Assembly (NCBI RefSeq): GCF_009914755.1
Contig: NC_060929.1
DNA length: 64,000 nucleotides
Reading direction: 5' to 3' (one strand)
From: the human T2T-CHM13v2.0 reference genome, Homo sapiens
Shown: positions 46,230 through 59,993 of the stretch, one piece after another
Numbering within the stretch: the first letter of the stretch is position 1
Layout: each line of letters opens with the position of its first letter
The notes under the pieces: generated by a model
The model's database searches: none
Told to the model about the DNA's origin: nothing
The model's input: only the letters and a program-made list of their open reading frames with translations
Translations under genes and position numbers: made by a program

Positions 46230-46988
46230 TTCTTGTAGCTATTTTAGCCATTTTTGAGTGTACAATTCTGTGGCATGAAGTACATTCACATTATGCAACT
46301 ATTACCACCATCCATCTTCAGAACTTTTTTGTCTTCCCCAACTGAAACCCTGTGTCTATTAAATATTAATTCCCAATTCCAGTCCCTGGAACAACTCCAG
46401 TTCCTGGCAACCACCACTCTACTTGCTATGAATTTGACTACTCTAGGGACCTAGTAGAAGTGGAATCATACAATATTTGTCCTTTTGTGACTGGCATAAT
46501 TCACAACGTAATGTTTTCAACTTTCAACCATGCTCTAGCATGCATCAAAATTCCCTTAAGACTGGATAATAGTTCATTGCATATATGTACCACATCTTGT
46601 TTATCCATTCATCTGTTGATGGACACCTGGGTTACTTCTGCTTCTGGCTTTTGTAAATAATGCTGCTACTGAACAAGGGTGTGCAAATATCTGTTTGAAT
46701 CCATGCTTTTGATTATTTGAAAATTAAATTCTTTTAATTCTTTGGGTATGTACTTAGAGAGGGAATTGCTGGATTACATTGTAATTCTATGTTTAAATTT
46801 TTGAAGAATCACCATACCATTTTCTATAGCAGCTCCATCATTTTATATTCTCACCAACAATGCAGAAGTGTTCCAAATTCTCTGTATCCTTTCCAACACT
46901 TGTCAATTTCAGGTTTCATTTCATTTTGTTTTATTTTTCCAGCCTAATGGGTATAAAGTGATATCTCTTTGTGATTTTGATTTGCCTT
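46230..46988 (-). mobile_element. L1MB 3' fragment
   Basis: gtttatccattcatctgttgatggacac; ggaattgctggattacattgtaattctatg. Confidence 0.85.
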
Positions 46989-47111
46989 TATTCTTTTACT
47001 CACAAACCTGGCTGGTTTTATGACTAATTTTAGTCAATGAAATACTAGCAAAGTGACTCATGAATAAGATTGAAAATGTGCTCGGGCTTGTCTCTTGCCC
47101 TCTGCTGGTAA

Positions 47112-47264
47112 TGGATGGTCCCTGAGTTACAATGGTTCAACTTCACAATTTTTAAACTTTATGATGGCTTTAGCAAGGTATCAAATGCATTTTTTACTTA
47201 AAATATTTTTCACTTACAATAGGCTTATTGGAATGTAACCCCATCAGAAGTCAAGGAGCATCTA
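47112..47264. mobile_element. Internally deleted MER47A-like Tigger MITE
   Basis: Both termini present (gatggtccctgagttac / aagtcaaggagcatct), followed by TA. Confidence 0.75.
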
Positions 47265-48934
47265 TAGAATGGGAAGAACATACTCAGGCTTGCCTGTTGA
47301 AGAAAGGGATATGAGGAACAGAGCCAAACTACTCAAGTCAGCCCAGATGAGGACATCCTAGGTTAGGCAACCGGTAGCTGACCCTCAACCAAACATGTGA
47401 GTGAGCTAGCCAAGATGAGCAGCACCTTCAAGCTAATTCTTGTTGGCTGCAGAGGCATATGCAAGCCCAGGTGAGACCACCTAAGCATAGCCTTGTCAGT
47501 CAATCCTAGTTCCAGTCAGCAAAACCCTATAGACTCAAGGCTAAACAAATTGTCACTTTGTTTGTTTATTTTGTAGTATTACTACTAACACTGGATAAGT
47601 CATACATAATCTGTGGTAGGAAACCAAAAATTAAATAATTGCATGAAAGTCTGATGCTAAAAAATAAATTAAGGTAGAAATATGGTGGTAAGAATGTGAC
47701 AAAAGGAAAGATCAAGTTGGTTAATATTGCTGCAGTACAGTGGACAGACCAGAAGAATGAGGATGGAAAAGCAATTTTGCTCTTTTGAGAAAGTATGTTT
47801 TCCTGTCTCCATTCACTCTGTCAAACCATGGACATTGTGTTTGGCTCCAGAAACCCTTTTCTAAAAATCTATTAGCTGAGAAAGCAAAGAAACAAGGACA
47901 TTGGTTTGTATCCATGTAAGATCAGGAAGGTCACAAGTCCAGGCATAACAGTCTTTCTAACGGGCAGACTGCAAAATTCTTATTGGCTACACAGCTATTA
48001 TTTTCACTTACAATCCAATCCTTGTGACCCTGGTCATCTCACAAACTTTGTTCTATTTTATACCTGGCCTACTATAAGTCTCTATGTTTCCTACCTGATC
48101 TTTGTCAACATTTGAGTCAGAACTTTTGGTCTGGAATTATAACTTCCATTGGTTTCTTCTCATTGTGTTTCTCAGAAATGCAACTTTTCAGAAAATACAA
48201 ATTAAACATGACTGGGATGTTGTGGATGACACACCTAGCTTGCTATTAAAAATTGTTTTCTTTCACTATGAAAACACAAGTTCCAAGAGTTTTAAACACA
48301 GTGCTAGAAACAATTATAATCTCCACCCCCAACCTTTGCTTTCTTTCTCTGTGATATTTGGCACAGCATTCTTATAGTTGTCATTAGCATCAGTATTTTC
48401 ACTGGTCGTGAAATGAGCTGTAGAGCACCCTCACAATGAAGCCAAGGGAACGTAATGCCAATTTTTGTTCTGTGATCAATTTGAAATGGCTTGCTGTTTG
48501 GGTCCTGACTGAGACAGATTAACAACATCTTACCGCAAAATGCTATTGATCAATCTACTGTTTAAAAAAAATTACCATGGAAATGTGTTATTTCTGATAT
48601 CTCATCTCCCTTTATTTAACTTTATAGTCTAACATTATTTTCATAAATAGACACCCTTTTCCAGCAATGTCAAAGCACACAATACCACAGGGATTTTATT
48701 AAAATGCATTTAACAGTGGTAAACATGCCAACAGAACACTTAGTTTCATAAAGAAAAAAACATTAAAAGGAAAAAAGAATAAAATCTGGACCTAATTTTC
48801 ATACACAAATATCATCTTCAAGATAGTTTTTTTTTCAGTTTTTATAAAGCTTATGTCATGAGAAATATATCAAAACTATTATTTGACATGTAAAAAAGAA
48901 ACCTGGTTGTATCTTACTCATCTTAATCTATATA

Positions 48935-49750
<816 letters not shown>

Positions 49751-50262
49751 CTCACCGGAAATATATTTACTAGCAGAAAATTCTTGTTGAACATCTTAAG
49801 ATAGAAAAAATTCAGCATCACATCTAGCAGAATGAAATTTGATGAGTCACTGACTGAAAACTTTGTGTGGGCAGCCTTAAGGAAAACTAAAATAAGCAAT
49901 ATTCGAGGCCACTCTCTTTCTCCTCCCTCTGAGCTAAATACCCTTATTCTGCCTTGTGCTGAAGTTATCCAGTGTGCTCTCGGAAAGCAAATGGTTTCCT
50001 CTCCTTTCCTGGCAGTTCTCAAACGTTGAGACTTTTGTCTATACTCTATTAAACAAGGTCTGTGCTAAAAGGAACTGGTAAGTGTGTTAATTATCAATGC
50101 CTCAATGTAAAACGTGAGTAAAAACAGAGAAGACACCATATATAATCTTGAGTCCAGAAACTCAAGTGTCTCTACTTACCTGAATTTTCAAAAATTCTAG
50201 AAAGGGTCAAGTTCACAAATATCTCCAATTGTGCTACATTTTAGAGCCTAATTTTCAGGTTT

Positions 50263-50375
50263 CAGGATCTAATAATCCTTCAGGGGTTTCATCAGACCCC
50301 AACAAAATTACCTTCCACCTCTACCACACAACTAAAGATATTTTAGGTTTAATTTTTCTCCTCCTCCTTCTAATA
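50263..50375 (+). pseudogene. MT-CYB: NUMT segment 1: cytochrome b fragment
   Basis: Translates [36 protein letters not shown], matching the CYTB GSNNP...KITFHPYYTIKD region. Confidence 0.93.
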
Positions 50376-50564
50376 GATCACCCAGATCAAAAGGAGCAGG
50401 TATCAAGTATGCACGAACGCAGCTCAAAACACTTTACTCAACCACATTCCCAAAGGAAACAGCAGTGATAAATCTTTAGTAATAAATGAAAGTTTGACTA
50501 AGCCATACTAATATTTAAGGTTGGTTAATTTCGTGCCAGCCACCGTGGCCATACGGTTAACCCA
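50374..50564 (+). pseudogene. MT-RNR1: NUMT segment 2: mitochondrial 12S rRNA 5' fragment
   Basis: gatcaaaaggagc..gcagctcaaaac..ggaaacagcagtgat..ggttggttaatttcgtgccagccaccg (conserved 12S motifs). Confidence 0.95.
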
Positions 50565-50645
50565 GCATTGAAGTAAACTTAGATTTTGTACGTAATCTAG
50601 GCCATATGTACAGGAGATTGAAATTAGTAAGGCAAGGTCCACTGC
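50564..50645 (-). pseudogene. MT-ND4L: NUMT segment 3: ND4L 3' end, inverted
   Basis: Reverse complement translates [27 protein letters not shown], compared with the ND4L C-terminus [27 protein letters not shown]. Confidence 0.92.
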
Positions 50646-50651
50646 AGGTTC

Positions 50652-51021
50652 CTTATTAGTCCCTTCTCACACTGCTAATAAAGATATACCCAGGACTGGG
50701 TAATTTATAAAGGAAAATGGTTTAATTGACTCACAGTTCAGCATGGCTCAGGAGGCCTCAGGAAACTTAACAATCATGGCAGAGGGGGAAGCAAACATCC
50801 TTCTTCTCATGGCAGCGGCAAGAAGCGCCTAGCAAAAGGAGGAAAAGCTCCTTATAGAACCATCAGATCTCGCGAAAACTAACTCACTTCACAAGAACAA
50901 GATGGGGGAAACTGCCCCCACAATCTATTTATTTCCACCTGGTCCCTCCCACAACACGTGGGGATTATGGGAACTACAATTCAAGATGAGATTTGAGTGG
51001 GGACACAGCCAAACCATATTA
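50652..51021 (-). mobile_element. THE1 (C/D-like) solo LTR
   Basis: tattagtcc...cacagccaaaccatatta. Confidence 0.9.
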
Positions 51022-51033
51022 AGTTGGATTAGG

Positions 51034-51372
51034 TGTCTTAGTTGATTCCTGCTGTTACAATAAAATACCATAGACTGGGTAATTTATAAATGGTAGAAAT
51101 TTATTTTTCACAGTTCTAGAGGCTGAGAAGTCTAAGACTGTGGCACCAGCAAATTCACTGGCCAGCGAGGGCCTTTGATGGTGCCTTCTATGTGTCCTCA
51201 CATGGCACAAGGGCAAAAGGGACAAACTTGCTCCCTCCCGTCCTTTTTTAAGGGCACTAATCCCATCCACCCTCATAGCCTAATCACCTCCTATGGACCC
51301 CACCTTTTAATATTATCACCTTGGGGGTTAAGTTTCCATGTATAAATTCAAACACGCATTCAAACCACAGTT
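51034..51372 (-). mobile_element. MLT1A-like solo LTR
   Basis: tgtcttagt...aaaataccatagactgggtaatttataaa...cattcaaaccacag. Confidence 0.85.
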
Positions 51373-52956
51373 CAAGGGAAATGAATTCATCTCCTTTGCT
51401 GAATTTGAACATAATAAAAATCACAATAAATTTTTTATTCTTCATACCTACAAGAGACTCTCTGAAAGACAAGTGTGGACCAGTATTCCAAAGTCCAGAT
51501 GTTTTCTAAAGCTTAATGTATCTGTATATGTATTCAATATAACTTACTTGATCCCATTTCATGTTCCTTTTCATAGATTTGGATATGTGAATTAACATAT
51601 ATTCACTCCTGGTGAGACTAGCAGCATATGATATAAAATATCACAAAATAGCAAATGGTTAAGCCAAGTTCTTTTTTCTTTCTCCATTCCTGTATAATCT
51701 AGGGCACCCAGTTGATGGGGCAAAAGGAAAATTTTAAGATGAAGTTTTAAGTTGAAATTGGATAGGTTAAAAAAAATGTATTCACATTTTTCTGCCTACC
51801 TCAAGGGAAATGTACTAACTGAGGATCACATTGAAATGGAGGTGTGTTCAGACACTTCCTGAGTTTTTATATTTAACTTCCCTTAGACTCAAAGCAAGAA
51901 CACAGGGAGCCCACCTCCATTTCACATCCTGTTAGCACATTTTATAGGGGAGGGAAGAGATGATTGAATAGTTAGAATCTGTACAGTTCTAATTATGTGG
52001 GATGCTGAAATAAGATTAGCAAGAATTGAAATGCTGAAAAGCAAACAATATCCACAGAAATGGGGTTAAGGAAAGTCTTGGCATTATTTAAGAGGATAAA
52101 TCTCTTTCCAACTAGCATATTATAACAAGAATATTTAAGTTTAGTACATACTATAGAGCAAACTGAGGCTGTCTCTCTTTTGTTAAGGTATAGATCTTTA
52201 ACCTTTTTTGAACTGAAGAACTTCAAGGGTGAAAAACAAGCACCCCTGAAGGGTGAGGGTTCACACATGTTCTAGAATAATGAGCAGTTAATAACTGCAA
52301 TGTCATCTATAGGAGAAATATGTCACTATTCCATTTAGACACATTCAGGGCCCCTCTGCTTGCAGATCACCTCACTTTGAAGTTTTAAATACATCCAGTA
52401 TTAACATATGATAAAGGAAATCATGGATTAGATAAACCCAAACATTTTAACAGATATATAAATACCGATGTGAACAGTATCATCTTTGAACAATACAATT
52501 AATATGACTGACTTCCATAAAAAATTTATTCACTTGGCTCTTTGACACAGTACCTGCTTTTACCCTCCCCAAATATTATTGAACTGCCAAGTTGTATTTG
52601 GCTAAAAGCTTTGGGCTATTTAAATGAAATTACACTTAAAACTACTTACAACGTCAGAGGACATCTTCTCAGATTTTGGCAAGATCTTTGCCATTTGTTC
52701 AATTAACGCACTGATGATCTGAAAGTAAATCTTGTGCTGGGAAGAGAAAGTTACATAATGTCCATCTATGTGACAAGCATCTGAACTGGTATTCACTAAG
52801 TCTGAGAATCTAGTCAAAGTTATGATGAATACAGGGCTTACCTGGTGAGAAGGGGGTGGTGGCTTAAGAATTCAACAACTTTAGGTCGGCTGAATCCATA
52901 GGTAGATCAGATATTCATATAACACAGTACTCTCAGGTATCCCAAGAGCAGAGTCA

Positions 52957-53413
<457 letters not shown>

Positions 53414-53649
53414 TTAAGGTCCACTTAAATCAGGAGTATCTGAAAAACCTGGAAAAACTGGGATTTCTATACTCTTTTACTCAGAGACTGAGGCTTGATT
53501 AATCTGCATTTATACCATCTATTTTGGGTGATTCCAGTGCATTTTAAAGTAGATCCTCCAGTATTTTCTGCATAATTGGATGATTGATTGAGCGAATAAA
53601 CAGAATGTAAGTGGAGACTCCGGCAGTTGTTTAAAAATGATCTTGTACT

Positions 53650-53974
<325 letters not shown>

Positions 53975-55092
53975 CTAAAAAAGAAACCAACTGGAAAGAA
54001 GAATGTCTGCATATGAATTTACTCATTCATGTAACTTACCATGTTGCTTTTTCTAATAGAATATATTCTAATAACTTCAAATAATTTTACATAGAAACAT
54101 TGAATTTATTCTGAAGTATTTAATGGTAGGTAACTGCAAATACAGGCAGGTAAAGTAAAAATAAATAATTGAGTTTCTTAAACTTTTCTGAATTTACAGT
54201 TCTTAATTTTTGGTCCCCAATATTTTACCAACCCATTCATCCAGAACGCTACTAAGTTAGCACAATATATACTCTTAAAACAGAATATCTTTAAAGATGT
54301 CCCCTAAAACAGGAGCAAAAACAAAATACAAGTTTTATACTATTCCACAGAAATCATGGGATTTGCATATTCCCTTGAGGGAAAGGTTATCTTTTCAAAA
54401 GGTTATCTTTTGAATCAACCTAAACAGAAGAAATACTTCTATTTAAGAAGCTGGAATAATGATAAGAACTGCTGTTAGACTTCTAATTGTAGAAACACCT
54501 AAATTTCTAGTTTACAAGTTGTCCTGTTCCTGCTATGAAAGGATGTTTTATACTTTTCAGTCTTGAATTCATGTTTGTTTCTTATGTAATATACAGCTCT
54601 CTTGGATCCAGCAAAGCCTTACTTGATAGATACTCTGTTATCCCATTTATTGCAGCAATGATTATGATATGAAGATACATTTTGGTGCTAACAAAATCAT
54701 GTTTTGGCTCAATAGCTAAAGAGGCAGAACAGAATGGCCCACCAAGGTACAGTTTTTGAGAAAATACTGCAGTAGAATCATCAGCTAGGGAAAAAGAGAT
54801 TGTTTATGTGTTAGTTGAACATTGATTATAGTACTTTGGGGGATTATTGAATGGTGTTTTGGAATTTGAGGGTTTTATGAATATGGCAAAAGCTTTTTTG
54901 CCTCTTCTAGGAACAAAAAAACTACTTTTAGGGTACAGATTCTAAGAAAGGATGAATATTCTGTCTTTCATACCCAATTACTAGCACCAGGTCTCAGTCT
55001 CACAAGATTTGACTCTTTTCCTACAAGTAAAATGAGAAGACAAATGAGGTGATCAAAATGTAGACTGATGTGATCAAGAAAGTAGAGATTGT

Positions 55093-55383
55093 GGACCGAG
55101 CACAATGGCTCACACCTGTAATCCCAGCACTTTGGGAGGCCGAGGCGGGCAGATCACAAGTTCAGGAGATCGAGACCATCCCGGCTAACACAGCGAAACC
55201 CCGTCTCTAGTAAAAATACAAAAAATTAGCTGGGCTTGTTGGTGGGCACCTGTAGTCCCAGCTACTCGGGAGGCTGAGGCAGGAGCATTGCTTGAACCTG
55301 GGGAGGCGGAGGTTGCAGTGAGCTGAGATCGTGCCACTGCACTCCAGCCTAGGCAACAGAGTGAGACTCCGTCTAAAAAAAAA
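55093..55383 (+). mobile_element. AluSc-like element
   Basis: Full dimer. TSD aaagtagagattg/aaagtagagaatg. Confidence 0.93.
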
Positions 55384-56261
55384 GTAGAGAATGCAAACAC
55401 GATAAACTACAAACAATGGAAATATGAGTTTAATGTACACAAGAAATAAGGAAATATTACAGGGAACATTAATAAAATAGGCTTCTGATTCTTTGAGGGT
55501 ATTCCTCTAGCTAGCCTCTTTGGTAAGGTTAAAATATGAAACAGTGTTTTCCAAAGTGGTGCGTTGGACAATTTGTACAAAAATCAGCCAGATAACTTGT
55601 TTAAAGCAATTTCATCAGAAATGCATTCCTCTCTATCTCTCAACTCTGCTCTATTATGTTGGCATCATCTTCAGGCAGGTTCTCTTTTGAGATATTTATA
55701 GGCAGCTCCAAGTTTCCAGGCTCCTCACAGCTAGCAAAACATGAGCTCTTCTATTCCAGACTTTACTAAGATTATATCCTATTGGCTTGTGTCACATCGC
55801 TGATTCCTGAACCAGTCATTGTGGAAACATGAAATAGGCTGTTTGACCAGTCCTGGGTCATTTGCCTAACTATGGTGACAAAACATCTGGTGAGTTCATT
55901 TAAACCTTAAGAACTAAGAATATAGGACGGGTGGTTGCCCTTTGAAATCAAGCTATAGCTACCAACAAATGAAATAAAAGCTACTAGCCTGACAAAAACC
56001 AAGCCTTCTATGGGATACTTTATATATGCTCATGTATTTATGGTGTAAATGAAAGTAAAGCTCCCAGGAAGGACTCTTAAAATTCTTAATGACGCTCATC
56101 ATTTTTGTCCTTGCTCTGTCTTTCTTTGTCTCATATATTTCCACACCAGACTGACTCTCATTCTTTTCCCTATATAGCTTAGTCTTCCCTCCATCTGCCC
56201 ATGGAGTAAAGATGTTTTCCTGGAAAGCAGACTAAGAACATACAACAAACTGTTAAGGATG

Positions 56262-56818
56262 TCATGTGAGTTTGGAATTGCATTCAGCTGCTAAAGCAGA
56301 GACCTGCAATAACAATTGCTTGAGCAAGATAAAGTTGTATTTTATTTTATTTTATTTCATTAAGGAAATCCAGAAGAGCTAGGCGGACCAAAGTTGGCAT
56401 AGAAAATCTCACCCCAGGCCCTTTCCATCTTCCTGTCCCACCATCATTAACACATGACTTTCGTTTTCAAGTTTGAATTCCTAAACTCAACCAAAAAAAG
56501 GCAGAAGCAGCTCCAGTTATCACATCACCATTATAGGAAGGAAGAATAGAAGAGTGGGAGGATAAACAGGAAACATCTCTGTGCCAAGGTGATTCCTTTA
56601 TAAAATTTTCATGGAGTCCTTACCAAACGACTTCTGCTTACATTACATTAGTGATTTTTATTTGCAGAAGAGGCTGGGACTTGCAGTTTTGTTTTGTGTA
56701 GATCATGCTACTTCCCTACCCCATTTCCACAATTCAAGCAACTGTTACTAAGGAAGAAATGGAGAACAACAACTGTTACTAAGGAAGAAATGGAGAAATG
56801 GACAACTTTTTTACCACA
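56262..56818. mobile_element. Ancient MLT1-type LTR relic
   Basis: ggaattgcattcagctgc...gaggctggga..gcagttt motifs. Heavily decayed. Confidence 0.5.
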
Positions 56819-57587
56819 GTGGTGATATTAGTGATATCAGTGATGGAATTATGGAAGACCTCTCCCATATTATATATTTCTGCAATGTTTGAATTTTCAC
56901 AGTATTTTGATAAACATGAAGACAAATAAAGACAGGGAATCTGTGGAATACAATGTAGGTTACGTCTACAGTAGGGGTGTCACAATACTGGAATACAGAT
57001 TATATTATCACATGTTGACCATATGCTGGCTATTCTTCCATTATTCCCTTTTTATCTATTCTTATTGCCTTCTCTAGTACCCACTAAAAAAACATATTTA
57101 AGCTCAATTCTTTCATTATTCATTATTGTGACCAGTATATAACAAACAACTGACTATCATTATTTAGAGGTGATGCATGAAGGTTAAAAAATGGTGTGTA
57201 GGCGAAAAGCACAAGTTTTCAAATCAGTAAACATATTAATATTGATTAACATACTGTGCTACTCTGGCAGGTCACTTTACCATTCTGCTCCTCAGAGACA
57301 TCCCTTCTAAAAATAAATGAGGTATTCTGTATTACTGATTAGGCAGTGTTTTTTTTTTTTCAATTTAAATCTATCACAGTCCCCAAGGAAAGCTAGTAAT
57401 ATGTGGATTCTAGAGCCTCATCATCAAAAACTTTCATCCAGTAGTCTGTGGTGAGCTAATGAATCTACATTTTTGCCAAGCAATGGCAGGTGATTTTTGA
57501 GAAAGGTATCAGAGGATTATATCTTGAAAACACTAGTAAGATATCTTCAAATTCTTTCAACTTAATGAGACACACAGAATTTGTCTT

Positions 57588-57901
57588 TTTGTGTGTGTGT
57601 TTTGTTTTGGTTTGGTTTTTTGCAACAAGGTCTCACTCTGTCACCCAGGCTGAAGTGCAGTGGCATGATCATGGCTCACTGAAGCCTTGACCTCCCCACT
57701 CAATCAATCCTCCCACCTCAGCCTCCCAAGTAGCTGAAACTACAGGCACACAACACCACACTTGGCTAATTTTTGTATTTTTCACAGAGATGGGGTCTCA
57801 CTATGTTGCCGAGGCCAGTCTTGAATTCCTGAACTCAAGAGATCCAACCGCCTTGGCCTCCCAAAGTGTTGGATTACAGATACGAGTCAGTGCACCCGGC
57901 C
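57588..57901 (-). mobile_element. AluJ with microsatellite-like tail
   Basis: J diagnostics (atcatggctcactgaagccttgacc). Confidence 0.92.
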
Positions 57902-59317
57902 AAGAATTTGATTTCTGCTTATAAAATATTTTAATTTTTAAAGCCAGTGCATGAACAAAACTTTCATACCTATAGCTAAATTGGACATGAAGATATCTTC
58001 TCTCAATAAGTCCAATGAAATCAATTTTTCTTCCAACATTGGAATTTTCCTCTTTCTCTCCCTCTTTTTCTCTTTTCTTCCCTTTCTCGTTCTCTTGCTC
58101 CAGCTGAATCTGCAAAAGCTAAATGTCTACATGACGAGATTCACCTGTCTTGTCCATGCGTTCTTAAGATTCTGCAATGTTAAAACTCAAACTATAGAGC
58201 AATTCATTATTTTTAAAGAAACTTTCCAGGAAAAATGTTGATGAGGCCTCTCACAAGTTAAAATGAAAATCAATTTGGTTTTAATCTCATCCAGCTTTGA
58301 TTGGACAATAAACATTTGGGAGTAATTTAATGAATAAAAGTGCTCATATTTTAGAAGGTAATGGCACCATAAAATAGAGCCACTAAACTGCAAATAGACA
58401 ACATGTATTGCCAATTTCTCCAAGGGGAGAGGTTTATTAACCCACGTTCCAGACAGAGTGGTAACACTGTCTTGTAATTGGAAGCTCTGCCCTTTAGGTC
58501 TTTGCTACCAAATAACCTGAAGAAGCCACTCTTTAGTATAACAACACGAGTACCTTAGTTCCCCAACCAGCTATTAATTTCACTTCATTGGATCTTAAAG
58601 CACATTTTTAACCTGAGTCCACTAAATTAGTCATGTGGGGTTTTTTGCTCAATGGAGGCAAAAGAAATTCTTATTAATTTGAGGGAATAGTGGAACATAA
58701 TAAAATATGGTTAAACAGCCATTCTCTTGACATAAACATCCATTTAATGAAGAACAAAATGTAGACTCATTCATTTAGTTCTAACAATCCTTGTAGTCCC
58801 AATTGCTATATTCAGTAACGCTTTCCAGACTGTTCCTAGTTCTTCTACATTTGCCTTTTTTTCAACTTATTTTAATTGGAAAGTTGCTAACATCACCCAT
58901 TTTTAATATGGTAAATTGGATATCCACAGAAATGATGTCATTTTAAAAGCAAGAGAGGCACAGGAAAGCATACTCTTCCTGAGACTTCTACTGGGCAGTG
59001 CATCCTTGCAATGATAGTGCCGGGCAAGAAAATATTTTAAATTTTTGTTTATTTGTAGTTTGTAGTTTGTTTTTTACTGCTATCCTAGCATTGATTCCTT
59101 CTTTTTTTAGTTAAAAGTTCCTGATTCTTCTTTGTATATAAATATAGTGGGACAATCAGTCAAGGTCCCCCACAACTTCTGGGCAAGGGTGGGCAGGAGG
59201 CCAGATGTTCTCTTCCTGGAACTTCAATCTTAAGCAGAAGGACTCACAGATAAAAAGAAACTTGGACTCACTCATCTACCAGTAGTGCCGTATTAAAAGT
59301 CATCTATTTTTATAATA

Positions 59318-59809
59318 ATTGTACTATGAAGACACATGCACAAGTATGTTTATTGCAGCACTATTTACAATAGCAAAGACTTGGAGCCAACACAAATGCC
59401 CATCAATGATGGACTGGATAAAGAAAAAGTGGCACATATATACAATGGAATTCTATGCAGCTATAAAAAAGAATGAGTTCATGTCCTTTGCAGGGACATG
59501 GATGAAGCTGGAAGCCATCATTCTCAGCAAATAAATACAGGAACAGAAATCCAAACACCACATGTTCTCACTCATAAGTGGGAGTTGAACAATGAGAACA
59601 CATGGACACAGGGAGGGGAACATCACACACTGGGGCCTGTCAGTGGGTGGGGGGCAAGGGGAGGGAGAACATTAGGACAAATACCTAATGCATGCAGGGC
59701 TTAAAACCTAGATGGTGGGTTGATAGGTGCAGTAAACCACCATGGCACATGTATACCTATGCAACAAACCTGCACGTTCTGCACATATATCCCAGAACTT
59801 AAAGTAAAA
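59318..59809 (+). mobile_element. L1PA7/8-like 3' fragment
   Basis: ORF2 C-terminal peptide (DTCTSMFIAALFTIAKTW) and 3'UTR ending cccagaacttaaagtaaaa. Confidence 0.92.
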
Positions 59810-59953
59810 GTTTTTTAAGTCCATTTTTTAACTGAATTTTCAGAGTGATTTTGGTCATTTCTAAACTTTACATCTTTATATTTCTGTTCAATTCTCTGAA
59901 CTATTCCATATCCTTCCAACAAATCTCTGCTTTGCTTAGGCTTATCAGAGCCA

Positions 59954-59993
59954 GTTTGTTTTGTTTTGCTTTGTTTTGTTTTGTTTTGTTTTG
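59954..59993. repeat. (GTTTT)n simple repeat
   Basis: Visible directly. Confidence 0.9.

Larger units (their letters stand above)
46106..47606 (+). mobile_element. Old MLT1 (G/H-like) LTR, split by L1MB and MER47 insertions
   Basis: tgtggtag start and ...gataagtcataca end, with MLT1-like core at about 46990-47600. Confidence 0.55.

Noticed and set aside
50229-50468. 79-aa ORF with CYTB similarity
   Set aside because: It has a non-ATG start and is a chance read-through of the NUMT from CYTB into 12S sequence.
50374-50564. Functional rRNA gene or MOTS-c copy
   Set aside because: Only about 190 nt of the 5' part of 12S is present; the MOTS-c region lies further 3' and is absent.
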